From Scenedesmus sp. PABB004 (Eukaryota): a stretch of 64,000 nucleotides of DNA. Below are positions 31,517 to 46,700 of this stretch, in pieces. Every line of letters starts with the position of its first letter. The first letter of the stretch is position 1. A model generated the notes under the pieces. The model was not told the DNA's origin. It was given only the letters and a program-made list of their open reading frames with translations, and searched no databases. The position numbers were made by a program, and so were the translations under genes. The stretch spans positions 558,001 through 622,000 of the forward strand of contig JABVCE010000007.1 of assembly GCA_014905635.1 (NCBI GenBank), given 5' to 3'.

Positions 31517-32498
31517 GCGCGGCGGCGCCTGCCGCCGCGCCGGCGAGCAGGGCGCGGGTCGGTGAGAGGGCGCGCGCGGCGCGCCAGAGGAGGCGCGCGG
31601 CGGCCGCGCGGGCATCGCTTGCGGGGCGCGCCGCGCCAGCGGCGCGGCGCAGCGGAGCGGAGCGGAGGGGCGCCGGGCCGCGCCGCGGCGGGCGCATGCC
31701 GCGGCCGGCGCGGCGTGCGCGAGCGCGCGCGCAGGGGAGCGGGGCGGTCAGCAGTCAGCAGTCAGCAGTCAGCAGTCAGCAGAGTGCTGGCGCCGGCGGG
31801 GCGCCGATTCTTTATGCCTGCCGCGCGGACCCCACCGCCGGCGCCGGTGATTGAATCAAAAGGGAGCGCGGTCGCGCGGGGCGCACTTGACTCGTGTGTT
31901 CTCTGACAGGCGGGGCCCGCCTGCCTGTGCTCTCTGCTGCTCTGTGCTCTCTGTGCCCCGTCTTCGTTTGTTTGGGAGGGCACGCCACGTGCCGTGTGAG
32001 GGCAGGCAGCGTGGGGCGGCGTGGGGCAGCCAAGGAGCGGAGCGGAATAACCAATGTCAGCAGGCGCGCCAGCGCGCTGTGTAAGCGAGTGCTTCATCGT
32101 GGTCCCTTCGCGTGGGCAGCGCCGTCGTCGGGCTGCTCGCGCCCTCGCGCCGCGCGGCGGCCGGTCAAGTCTCCGACGCAAACCGACGCTGGCAGTTCTG
32201 CGGTGACGCTGCGCCGGCCCGCCCGCCACGCAGCCCGCGCGACTCGCGGACCGGCCCACCACTCTGCGCCATCCTCCAGGCTGAGTGTCAGCTGCGCCTG
32301 CAGAGCCTGGGCGGCGCCGCTGCCGCGAGCAGCCAGCAGCCAGAGAGTGACCTGCGCCGCCGCAGAGCCGTGAGTCGGTCATCCTGGCGTCACGACAGCG
32401 TATCACACGCGCCGCGCAGCTGCGCGGCCGGCTGTTTGCGGCTCCCGCGCAAACGCGGCCGCTGTTTCCCCCGCCCGCAGACCGACGCGTGCGGAGCG

Positions 32499-35521
<3,023 letters not shown>

Positions 35522-36739
35522 GCGCGAGCGGGGCGGCCGTCGGGCTGTGTCATTGATTGATTGGCTGGCGGGGTGGGGCGCTCGCCACGTGGCGGGGGCG
35601 GGGCAGCAAGCACGGCGCATGCAGGGGGGGGGGGGGCTGACGGGGGCTCCGGGGGCAGGGGCAGGCCAGCGCGCGCCCGGCTGAACGTGGCGCGCGCGCA
35701 CGCAGCCCCAGACTGGCTGGCAGACACCACCTCCAACCTTGCACCACGCACCTCCTCCGCGCTCAGGCTCCACCGGCGCGTGCGCCACGCCGGGGTGCCG
35801 CCTGGCGGCCTTGGCTGGCGGCGCGGCCGCGCATGCGGCGACTCGCCCCTTCCCTCTGAGTCTTGTTTTGCTTGCTTGTTCTCTGCCCGCCTGGAGTTGG
35901 AGTTGCGTGTGTGGGCGCGCGGGCGTGGTCGGTCGGCGTAGAAGAGGAGCTGCAGCGAGAGAGAGTACGTAGGGAGCCAGCGGCTGGTCAGCCGCCACTT
36001 CATCGTCACAAGTGCAGCAGCGGCAGCAGTTTGCGCGCACGTGAACGCATGCTGGGGGTGCGCGCGGGGTTGCGCACGCGATAGAGGCAACGGCCCGGCC
36101 CGGCCGCGCCGTCCGCCGCCGCGCCGCAGCCGAGGCGCGCAGCGCGCCGCGGCAGCATCCGCAGAGCTCCGCAGCGATCGCCCAGGCGGCCTAGAGGCCC
36201 GGGCTGCCCGAGCGGCGGCCGGGTGGGGCAGGCTGAGCGCGGCGGAGATCGTGGCTCATCAAACGTTAGATTGCAGTCGCCCCCCGTCCCGCCCGCTTAT
36301 GAGTTCTCTGACAAGGAGACAAGGAGGCAAGGGAAGAGGTGGGTCAGGGCGGGCGCGTCTGCCTGCTCGGCGGCGCACGCCTGCCGAGCGGGGGCGCAAG
36401 GCGAAGCAGTTGGTTCTTCAGTGACGCGGGCCGCCGGCCAACGGCAGGCCCGCCCCCGTGCGCCCCGCGAACGCGCATTCGCGACGGCCCCTGCAGGGCA
36501 GCTGGAAACATCATCACGCATCGCCATCGCCCCCCTAGAAATGCAAGTCCCGCGCACGCCTCCTGCCCCCGCTCCCCGAGCCCGCACGGCGCGGGCCGCG
36601 CGCGGGCCACGCGGCGCCAAAGCGGCGCGCGCCGCGCCCCGCGGCGCTCCCTCTCGGCCAGCGGCCGCCATCACGCACCCATGCCCGCCGCCGACGGTCA
36701 GTCGGGCGGCCGCCCACACACCCCACGCGGCGGCGTCGC

Positions 36740-39434
36740 TCACTTCTCATCGGGCACGCCGCCGGGCACGTAGTGCGTGTGCAGCAGCTCGTGCGCCTTG
36801 TGGCTGTTGGGCGCGCCCAGGAACTGCGCCGCGCGGCGCGGCGGGCGGCGGCACAAGTCGGCGCGGCGCGCGGCGCGGCGCGCGGCGCGCGGCGGCGCAG
36901 CCCTGCCCCTGGCCGCCGCGCCGTCCCTCCGCCCCTGCCCCCGTCCCGCGCGCCGCTCCCTCTTTAGCCCCTTCTCACCCCCCCCCCCCCCACCTTCTCG
37001 TACAGGGCGGTGATGAGCGGGTTCTCGTGGCTGCGCCGGATGGTCGACCGCTCGTCGAGCGCGTACATCGCGGCCTGGCGCTTCGCGAGGATGCCCTTGT
37101 CCGCGCTGCGCGGCTGCCCGCCGCCGCCGATGCAGCCGCCGGGGCAGGCCATGACCTTTGCGGCGCGGCGCGGGCGGCGCGGCGGCGGCGCGCGGCGTCG
37201 GCGCGGGCGCGCCGTGGCGCGCGGGCCGGCCAGCGCTCCCTTCAAACTCGCACACCCACGCACGCGCGCAATGCCCGCGCCCGCGCCCATGCCCCCGCCG
37301 CCGCCGCGCCGCACCTCAATGAAGTCGTACTTGCGCTCGCCCTCGGACAGGCCCTTGATGAGCTTCTTCGCGTTGCCCAGGCCGTTGGCGACGGCGATGC
37401 GCAGGCTGATGCCGCCGCCGTCGGCGCCGGCAAAGGCCTTGAACGGCGACTCGGGGCCGGGCACGATCGTGAGCGCCGCCTCCTTGATGCCCTCGAGGCC
37501 GCGCACGTCCTCAAACTCGATGCGACCCATCGGCTTCTGCGTGACCTGGAGTGGGGCGACGCGCCGCGCGCGGGCATGGCGGCGTCGCGTCGGCGGCGGC
37601 GCAGGGGGCCCGCGTGCGCGCTGCAGCCGCCTGTGGCGCCCCGCCGGCGCCCCCCGGCGGCGGCGCGGCGCGACTCACCACCTCGTACACCGTGCGCAGC
37701 GCGGCCTCCATGACGCCGCCGGTCGTGCCGAAGAGCACCGCGCCGCCGGTGCCCTCGCCGACGGGGTTGTCAAACGCCCCCTCCTCGAGCTCGTTGAGCT
37801 TGATGCCGCGGTCGAGGAAGAGCTTGCCCAGCTCGGCGGTGGTGATGACGTGGTCGACGTCGCGCGCGAGGCCGGTCGTGTTGAACCACTCCCGGTCCGC
37901 CTCGCCCTGCTTGCGCACGCAGGGCATGATCGACACGTTCATGATGTCACCCGGCGCCACGCCCGCCTCCTGCGGCGCGACGCGACGCGCGGCGCGGCGC
38001 GCGGGCGCGCGGGTGGGGGCGCAGCGCGTGAGCGCGGCGCGCGGGGCGCGGCGGCGCGCCGCTGCTGCGCACGCAAACGCGGCGCCTCCTCCTCCCCCCA
38101 GCCGCGGCGGCGCCCGCCCCGCGGCGCGCGGGCGCCCCGCGGCGCGCGGGTGCGGCGGGTGCGGCGGGCGCGCACCGTGGAGAAGTAGTTTTTGATGACC
38201 GCGCCGAGCATCATCTGCGGCGACTTGCAGGACGAGAGGTAGGGGATGAGCTCGGGGTTGCTCTTCTCCACCATCGCCACCCAGCCGGGGCAGCAGCTCG
38301 TGAACATCGGCAGCGGCTCCTCCTTGTTGGGGTGCTGCTCGAGGTGGTCCTGCGCGGCGCGGCGCGGCGCGGCGGCGCAGAGGCGGCGCGTGGGCGCGCG
38401 CGACAGAGCGGCGGCGCAGAGCGGCGCGCGGCGCGGCGGGGAGAGGCGCGCGGCGCTGCGCGGCGGCGCGCCTGCAGGCGGTGCAGCAGCTCCGTGCCCT
38501 CCTCCAGGATGGTCAGGTCGGCGCCGAACAGCGTGTCTGCGCGCGGCGGCGGCGCGCGGCGGCGGCGCGGCGGAATCGGCGGCTGCTGCTGCGACGCCGC
38601 GCAGCGGCGGCGGCGGCGGCAGCCAGCCCCCGGGCCCGCTCGGCGGCGCGCGCCGCTGTCGCTGCCGCCGCCGCCGCGGGCGCTGCGGCGGGGCGGGGCG
38701 GCGCACCAAAGACGTAGTCAAAGCCGAGCTTGCGCAGCCCGGTCACGAGCTGCCCGATGCTCACGTCGCCAGGCGCGAGGCCGACGGTCTCCGCAATGGC
38801 CACGCGCACTGCGGGGGCGATCTGGGCGATGCAGACCTTGCGGCCCTCGGGCTTGTCTGCGGCGGCGGCGGGCGGCGGCGCGCGTCGGCGGGCGAGCGCG
38901 CGGTGCCCGCCGCCGGCCCGATCCGGGCTGGGAGCCCCCGGCCGTCGCGTGGGGCGCGGCGCCGGGCGATCAGGCCGCGCCGCGCGCGGGCGGGGCCGCA
39001 CCGAGCTCGTCCAGGGCCTGCTGCCAGTGAGGGAGGTTGGTCTGGGGCGTGGGCGGGCAGTCGCACTCCGCGGTGGGCCCCACGCGGCGCACGACGAGCC
39101 GGCGAGCGCCTGGGCGGGCGGCGGGCGGGGCGGGGCGGGGCGGGGCGCCGGCGGGCAGGGCGGCACGTCGCTGCTGGTCAAGCGGCCGCGCCAGGCGCCG
39201 GCACGCCGCCGCAGCCCCCCTGGACGTGCTCCGCGACGCCAGCGTTCCGGGGCAGCGCGCGCGGCGCCCGGCGCGCCGCCAGCGCGGCGCTCGGAAGCCA
39301 GCAGCTGCGCGCTCACCGCCGAGCGGCCGGGGCCGCGCCACGGGCGTCGCCAGCCGCGGCGCCGCGCGGACTGTGGACTGCCGGGCGGTCAGGCGACCCG
39401 CACGCGCGCGCAGCGCGATGCCGGAGGCCGCCAT
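36740..39434 (-). CDS. HYDA: Chloroplast [FeFe]-hydrogenase (H-domain only, chlorophycean type), about 9 exons
   Basis: H-cluster motifs [10 protein letters not shown] (L1), MPCVRKQGE (L2) and [16 protein letters not shown] (L3), plus [43 protein letters not shown] and C-terminal [11 protein letters not shown]. Transit peptide present; no ferredoxin-like F-domain. Confidence 0.97.
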
Positions 39435-40312
39435 GGCGCCGCGGGACGGGCGCGAAACGAAGGTCGGAAGCGCGGGGCTCGCTGGGGCCACGGGGGGTGC
39501 TACGTGGGCGCGGGGTTGCGTGTCGTGTGCGTCTGAGCAAGAGTCTGTGTGCCGGGCGCCGCGGCGGACCGCTGGTAATGGGCAGCGGCGCGGCGTCGCA
39601 CGCGCAGGCAGCGGCGCAGGGCTTTGGTGAGCAGCCACGTTCCGCGCGGCGGGGCGCGAGAATCGTTACAGTGCCTCGCTCATTGCGCCCTCGGCAAGCC
39701 GCGCCGCGCCGCGCTCCAGCCGGCGGCGGGCGGCGCGCGGCCGGCAGGCAAAGCAGTCCCGGCCCCGCGCGCGCGGCCCCTCACCCCCACTCACCGCGTG
39801 CTCGGACTCGGGCTTCGGGCCATCGAGCACCGTCGAGCGCAGCGGCATCAGCAGCAGCTCGGCGCCCGCCCGGCAGCGGCGCCCGCCCGGCAGCAGCACC
39901 TGCCGCCCGGCAGCAGCACCTGCCGCCCGGCGCGGCGGCGGCAGCAGCAAAAGAGTGCACGGCCGTCCCCCATCGGTCATCAGCATCATCATCATCATCG
40001 TCGTGCACAGCATCAGGCAGTCATCGCGTGCACGGCCTTCAGGGCGCGAGCGCTCGCGCGTCCACACGGCCTCCACGCCTTCATATGCCCCGGCCGCGCT
40101 TCACTCGCGCCGCCTCCGCGCCGCCGCCGCCCCACCTGCAGCGCGGGGGAGCGCGGCCGCGGCGGCGGCGGGCGAGGCGGCGAGCGCGCGCGCGCGGGCG
40201 GCTGCGGCCGGCCCCTCCCGGTCCAGGTACCACCCCGCCACCCCCCCGTCCCCCGCGCCGCCGCCTCGGCTGCGAGGAGCGCCGCCGGCCGCGCCCTGGC
40301 CCCGCCTGGCGC

Positions 40313-41022
40313 TCAAGAGTAGGCGGGGGAGTCGCCGGGGACGTCGTCGCGGGCCGGCGAGGCGCTGCGCGGCGGCGGCGCGTGGCGGCGGCGGCGGCGG
40401 CGTCAGCGCGGGCCGCCGCGGCGCCCTCTGGCGCGGGGCCCCGGCGCGCCGCTGTGCCCCGCTGCCGCCGCGGCCGCGCGGCGCGCACCTGCGCCGGTCG
40501 GGCGTGCGGCTGCGCTCGCGCGCCGGGCTGCGGCTCTTGCCGCGCGCCGGGCTGCGGCTCCGGCTCCGGCTGCGGTCGCGCGCCGGCGTGAGGCTCCGGC
40601 TGCGGCTGCGCCGCGCGGGGCTCCGGCTGCGGCTACGGCTGCGCCGCGCGGGGCTCCGGCTGCGGCTGCGGCTGCGGCTGCGGCTGCGCCGCACGGGGCT
40701 GCGGCTCGGGCTGCGCCCGCGCCGGCGGTCGCCGCTCCGGCTCCGGCTCCGGCTGCGGCGGCGCTCCGCGGAGCGCGAGCGCGAGAGGCTCCGGCTGCGG
40801 CGCCGGTCGGGCGTGCGCGAGCGCGAGCGCGAGCGCCCCCGCCGGCGGTCGTAGTCGCGGCCGTAGCCGCGGTCGCCGTAGCCGCGGTCGCGGTCGCCGT
40901 AGCCGCGGTCGCGGTCGCCGTAGCCGCCGCCGCGGCCGCCGCCGCCGTAGCCGCCGCCGCCGTAGCCGCCGCCGCCGCCGCCTGCGGGCGGTCGGCCGGG
41001 CGCGCGCGGGGTGTGTGAGGGC

Positions 41023-41100
<78 letters not shown>

Positions 41101-41766
41101 GCGCGCCCGGCAGGCTGCCCCGTCGGCGGCTGCCGGCGCGGCGGCGCGGCGGCGGCGCGCACCGCGGCGCTGCTGGTAGTCGTCGGGGCGCTTGCGGCCC
41201 TGCAGCGCGTAGTTGGACTGGATCTCGCGGCCGCCGATCGTGATGCGGTCGAGGCCGCGCACGGCGTCCGCCGCGTCGCGCTCGTCGGTGTACTCGATGA
41301 ACCCCAGCCCGCGCGGCTCCCTGCGGCGTGGGAGGTGAGGGGGTGGGGGGGGCGCCGGGCGCCGCCGCCGCCGCCGCCGCGGCCGCCGCTGCTGCTGTCG
41401 CCGCCCGCTCCCGGGCCCGCCGGCCGCACCCGGTGTAGTAGTCCTTGGGCAGGTACACGTCCTTCACCGGCCCGTACTTCTCCGCGTAGTAGCGCAGGTC
41501 CTCCGGCCTGCGCGCGCCGGGGGCGGCCCGGGCGGCGGGGTGAGGCGCCGGTGCTGCATGCGCGCCGGCGCGCGCGGCCGCGCGGCCCCTGGGCGCCCCC
41601 CGGCGCCTCACACGATGGACTTGGGCAGGTTGCGGACCATGACGCTGATGCGCTGCGTGGGCGGCTGCCGGGCGAAGGAGGGCTCGCCGCGCCCGCGATC
41701 GTCGCCGCGGCCGCGGTCATAGCCGCCGCGGTCCCGCGAGTCCCGGTCGTCGCCGCGGTAGCTCAT
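40313..41766 (-). CDS. Serine/arginine-rich splicing factor, SC35-like (SCL) type, 5 exons
   Basis: RRM: SVMVRNLPKSIV|PEDLRYYAEKYGPVKDVYLPKDYYT|GEPRGLGFIEY...DAADAVRGLD. Charged N-terminal extension, GGY linker and long RSRSRSP repeats. Last exon inferred as SASPARDDVPGDSPAYS*. Confidence 0.92.
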
Positions 41767-42049
41767 GGCGGGCGCGTGGCGGGGGAGCGGCGCGCGAGTG
41801 TGTGGGCGCTCGGGGGGCGCGGGGAGAGGTGGTCGAAGACCAGCAGCCTCGCCAGGGCACAGCGAGCGGTCGCGGAGGCCCCGCTGGCCCTGCCCGCCGC
41901 CCCAGCGCCTCGTGGCCCACACGCCAGACGCTGCCGAGCGGCCCCCGCGCCAGCAGTCAACAAGGAGAAGCAGCTGCCCGCTTACACGCCTCTCCCGGCA
42001 CCACCCCAGCCCGCCGTGCCCGCGCCCCCGCCAGCACCAGGCGTGCGCC

Positions 42050-43144
42050 ATGGCGGCCCAGGGCGCGGCACTGCAGAATCACAACAACGAGGTGCGCCGC
42101 CGCGCCGCGACAGGGCGGAGCCGCTCCGCGCCGCACCGCCCTGGCGAGCAGAGGCCTGCTGCTGCCCCGCTCGCTCACGCAACCTGCCCGCCGCCCTGAC
42201 CGCTCGCAGCTGGTGAAATGTGAGCGCGGCAGCGCGCCGCGGCGGGCGGGGGGTCGCCGCTGTCGGGCGCTCGCCGCTGCTGCTGTCGGGCGCGCCTGCC
42301 GCCGCGGCCGCCCCCTGCCGTCCGCCGGCCGGCGCCGGCGGCGCCGTTGCCGCGCCGGCCTGGCGCGCGCGGGGGCAGCGCGCGCGGGCAGCGCGTGGGG
42401 GCGACACCGCGCGCAACCGGTTGCGCGCCGCCGCCACCGCGGCGCGCAACCGCTGGCTCTGCGCGCGCGCCGACCGCGGCCGCCGGCCGTCGACTGCGGC
42501 GCGCAGGCATTGAGGACCTGCGGGAGAAGCGGGAGCAGATCATGAAGCAGATCCAGGACGAGGAGTTTGAGAAGCAGAAGATTCAGCAGGAGCTCGCGGT
42601 GCTCACGCAGCGCCTCTCGCGCATCAACGAGTCGCTCGCGCGCAAGGCGCGGCCCGCCCGCCCCCCGCGCGACCGCGCGCCGCCGCCGCCGCCGGCAGCG
42701 CTCGCCGCCGGCAGCGCTCGCCGCCGCCGCCGCGCGCCGGCCCGCCGCGCCGCCGCCGCCGCCGGCGCTGACCGGCGCTGACCGGCGCGCGGGCCCGCAC
42801 CCTCCCGCACCCTTCCCGGCCCTCCGCGCCTCGCCCCCCCCCCCCCTCCCCGACAGATTGACACCAAGAACGAGTACGACAAGGTCATCGTGGAGACGGA
42901 GGCGGCGTACCTCAAGATCCTGGAGTCGAGCCAGGCGCGCGATGCACGCGCGCGCGCGCGCGCACGCGCGACGCCGACGCGCACCGGGACGCGCCGGCCG
43001 CGACGCCCGCCGGCCAGCAGCGCCGACGCGCCGCCGCCCCGCCGCGCCGCCGCCCGCCGGCCGGCGCGCGCCGTGCAGACGCTGCTGACGGTGCTGAAGC
43101 GCGAGTCGGTCAACATCCAGAAGAAGCGGCAAGCCACGACGTGA
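42050..43144 (+). CDS. SSNA1: DIP13 / SSNA1 (NA14) basal-body and microtubule coiled-coil protein, 5 exons including a 10-nt micro-exon
   Basis: MAAQGAALQNHNNE|LVKC|IEDLREKRE...QRLSRINESLARK|IDTKNEYDKVIVETEAAYLKILESSQ|TLLTVLKRE. Confidence 0.95.
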
Positions 43145-43740
43145 CGGGGGCCGACGGGGGCGACGCCGGGGCGACGGGGGCTGACGGGGCCGCCCGCTGC
43201 GAAGCGGGGCTGTACCAGTGACGGAGTGACTGAGCGGCCGGCCGGTCAACCGACGGGCGCGCCGGTCAGCGCGCGAGGCCGCGCGGCGGCGCGGTGCCAG
43301 CTTTTTCCGGCCGGTCAGCCCCTGTCGCCCACCGCGCGCGCAACCCAGCCAGTCGTTTGCCCACGCACGCAGACGAGCGTCCGCGCTCGACAGCGCCGGC
43401 GCGCCGGGCCGCCGCTGCTCCGTCGGCAGCGCCGCAAGGCGCCAGCGGGCGCCCGAGCGCGGGCGAGACCCCGCTTCACGGCCCTCGCAGCGCACGGCAC
43501 GCCCACCCAGCGCGGGGCCGCGGCGCGAGCAGCGCGCGGTGCGGCGGGCTCGCCGCGCGCCCGGCGCGGGGCCCCACCTGCCCGCACCGGGCTAGTCGGA
43601 TGTGCAACAGCCGTGTCTGCCGCTGGGGCCGTCTGCCGGGCCGCCTGCCGGGCCTCCTGACGCGGGAGGCGCCGCGCCGCTGCTCGCAGATGCCGCGCCG
43701 CCGCGCCGTCCGCCGCTAGCCCTGCCGTCCTCGGGACGCC

Positions 43741-46700
43741 ATGCAGGGCGGCAGCTCTAGCGCGCCCAGCACGCCCGCCGGCCGGCGGCACGCGCCGGCG
43801 GCGGCCTGGGATGAACCGCCGGCGGCCAGCCGCGCGGGCGGCGCGCCGCGCAGCCCGCTGCGGCCCGCGTGGGCGGGCGCCGGCGCGCGCGCCGCCTGGG
43901 CGGCGCCCGAGGGCTCAGAGCCCGAGCCGCCGCAGCGCTCGGAGTCGCCGCAGGCGCTGGCCAGCCTCGTGCGCGCGCAGCCGGGCGCGGTGCGCGCGCG
44001 CTGGGCGCCGGCGCGGCGGGCAGCTGCCAGCGCCCTGTGGGCGGCAACGGCGGCAGCGACGGCAGCGGCCGACACCCCTGCGTTGCCGCTGCACGCCGCA
44101 GGGCGCCGTGCTGGACGAGGGCGCGGCCTTCCACGCGGGCGTGCGGCACGCCGGGTGGCTCTGGAAGCGCCTCGGCAGCGGGCGCAAGACCACGTGGGCG
44201 CGGCTGTGGGTGCGCCGCGCGCGGCCGGTCGCTCCGGGCTGCTGGCAGCCGCGCGCGCGCTCGGGGTGCTCGCCGCGGCCCCGCCCCACCCTGCTGGCGG
44301 CGACGTTGCACGCGCAGTGCTACCTGGAGGATGACCGCCTCTGCTACTGCCAGCCCGACGGCAGCCCCGGCGGCAGCAGCCCTGGGGGCAGCAGCCCCGG
44401 GGACAGCGGCCCCGGTGGCGGGCGCGGGCCGGGGTCAACGGCCGCGTTCTTCGCGACGCACAGCGGCGGCGGCGGCGGCAGCGGCGGCGGCGGCGGCGCC
44501 TACGGCGGCGGCGGCGGCGGCGGCGCGCTGAGCGGCACCGGCAGCAGCGCGGCGGCGCTCGCGGCGGGGCAGGTGCGGTACATTGCCCTGGACCGCATCC
44601 CCGTGCGCCCCCTGCCGCACCGCCCGCGCGGCGCGAGCCCGCTCGCGCGGAGCCAACCCGACGTCGGCGTGACGGCCGTGGACGCGCGGTGCGGACGGGC
44701 GCGGGGCGCGGCCCGGCTGGCGGCGGCGGGCGCGGGGCTGTCTCCACGCGCCCCGCGTCACTGACTGCCGCCGCCGCCGCTGCCCGCGCAGGGTGCTGGC
44801 GGGCGGGCCCGGCGGCGGCGCGGCGCGCTGGGCGTTCAGCCTCGTCTCCGGCTCGCACACGCACTACCTGGCCGCGGAGAGCCAGCGCGAGGCGGCGCTG
44901 TGGGTCGCGGCGATCCGCGACGCGTGGCTGCACTGCTTCAGCCACGCCGCGCGGCGCACGGGCGGCGGCGGCGGCGGCGGGAGCGGCGCTGCGGCGTCGC
45001 AGCGGCTGCTGGCGGAGAACGCGGTGCTGCGGGAGAGCCTGGGCGAGCTGCAGAGCAAGGTGTCGGCGAGCGACTACGAGTACTGGCGGTGCGGCGGGGC
45101 GGCCCGCGCCGGGCGGGCCGCGCCGGGCGGCTCGCAGGCGGCTGGGGTGGGTGGCCCGGGCGCCGCCGGGCCCGGCCGGCCGCCGCAAACCGGCTGCGCC
45201 GCACCCCGCGTTCGCCCGCGCAGGCGCTGGGTGGAGGAGAAGGCGCGCGCGGCGGCGCTCGAGGCGCGGCTGGTCAACGCGGCGACGTACGAGGTGCTCG
45301 TCCGCACCGGCGCGGCCAAGGGCGCCGCCACGAGCGCGCGCGTGTACGTGGAGATCTACGGCCCCGAGTGGGCCCACGCGGCCGGTGCCGGCGCCAGCCC
45401 ACCGCGCGGCAGCGTCGCGGGCGGCGGCGCCGGTGCCGGCGCGCTCGACGGCGCCGGCGGCGCGAGTGGCGAGGTGCGGCTGCTGGACGCCGACTCGCCG
45501 TCCGCGCCCTTCCAGCGTGGCGGCAGCGACGTGTTCACGGTGCTCTGCAGCAACGTCGGCCTGCCGCGCGCGGTGCGCGTGTGGCACGACAACACGGGCC
45601 CCCACCCCGACTGGCAGCTCGCGGAGCTGCGCGTGCGCAAGGCGGGCGCGCGCGAGTGGACGGTCTTCGCCGCCGACACGTACGGCTGGCGCGCGCCGCG
45701 CGCCGCGCGCCGCGCGCCCCCGCCCGGCCGACCTGCGCCTGCCGGCCGCGGCGCCGCCGCAGCTGGCTGTCGACGCACCTGGGCGACGGCCGCATCTGCC
45801 GCCTGCTCACCCCGGGCACGCCGCGGGCGCGGGTCGCGTACCGCGTGGCCGTCGCGACGAGCGACCTGCGCGGCGCCGGCACCGACGCCAACGTCGCGAT
45901 CACGCTGCACGGCCTCGGCGGCGACGGCGCGCGCCAGCCGCTGCGCGGCGGCGCGGCCGCGTTTGACAGGCGCGGCGCGGCGCGGCGGCGCGGCGGCGCG
46001 GCTGCGCGGCGCGGCGGCGCGGCTGCGCGGCGCGGCGGCGGTGGCGCGGCGCGCCCTCACTGACCACGGCGGGGCCGTCGCCCCACCACCGCCAGGGGCG
46101 CGGTGGACGAGTTTTTGATCGACGACGCCGACCTGGGCGAGCTGACCGCGGTGACGGTCGGGCACGACGGCAGCGGCGCCAGCCCCGCCTGGCACCTGGA
46201 CCACGTGACCGTCACGCCGCTGCCGGGCGGCGCACCCGCGGCCGCGCTCGAGGCGCGCGGCTCGAGCCCGGCGAGCTGCGGCAGCCCCGCCGGCAGCCTG
46301 CGCGGCGGCAGCGGCGGCGGCGGCGGCGGCGGCCCAGTGCTGGCGACCTGTGGCAGCCTCCGCGGCAGCGGCGCGGCCGGCGGGCGGGCAGAGGCGGTGA
46401 CGTACGCGTTCCCCTGCGGCGCCTGGCTGGACGAGCACCAGGGCGACGGCCGCACCGAGCGCCGCCTGGCGGTCGCGAGGCGCGTCGGCGCGCGGCGCGC
46501 GCCGCGCGCCCGCCGCGCGCGCCGCCCCTCCCTCACGGCGCGCCGCCCGCGGCGCGTGCAACCGCCCCGCCCTCACGGCGCGTGCAACCACACCTACGCA
46601 GCTCGCCGCCCGCCAAGGCGTGGTACACGGTGCGCGTGACCACCGGCAACGGTCGCGGCGCAGGCACGGACGCGGAGGTCCACGTCGCGCTCACCGGCAC

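Noticed and set aside
31747..31782. (CAGTCAG)n heptamer run downstream of FAD7
   Set aside because: Short simple repeat in a probable 3'UTR; nothing else supports a role.
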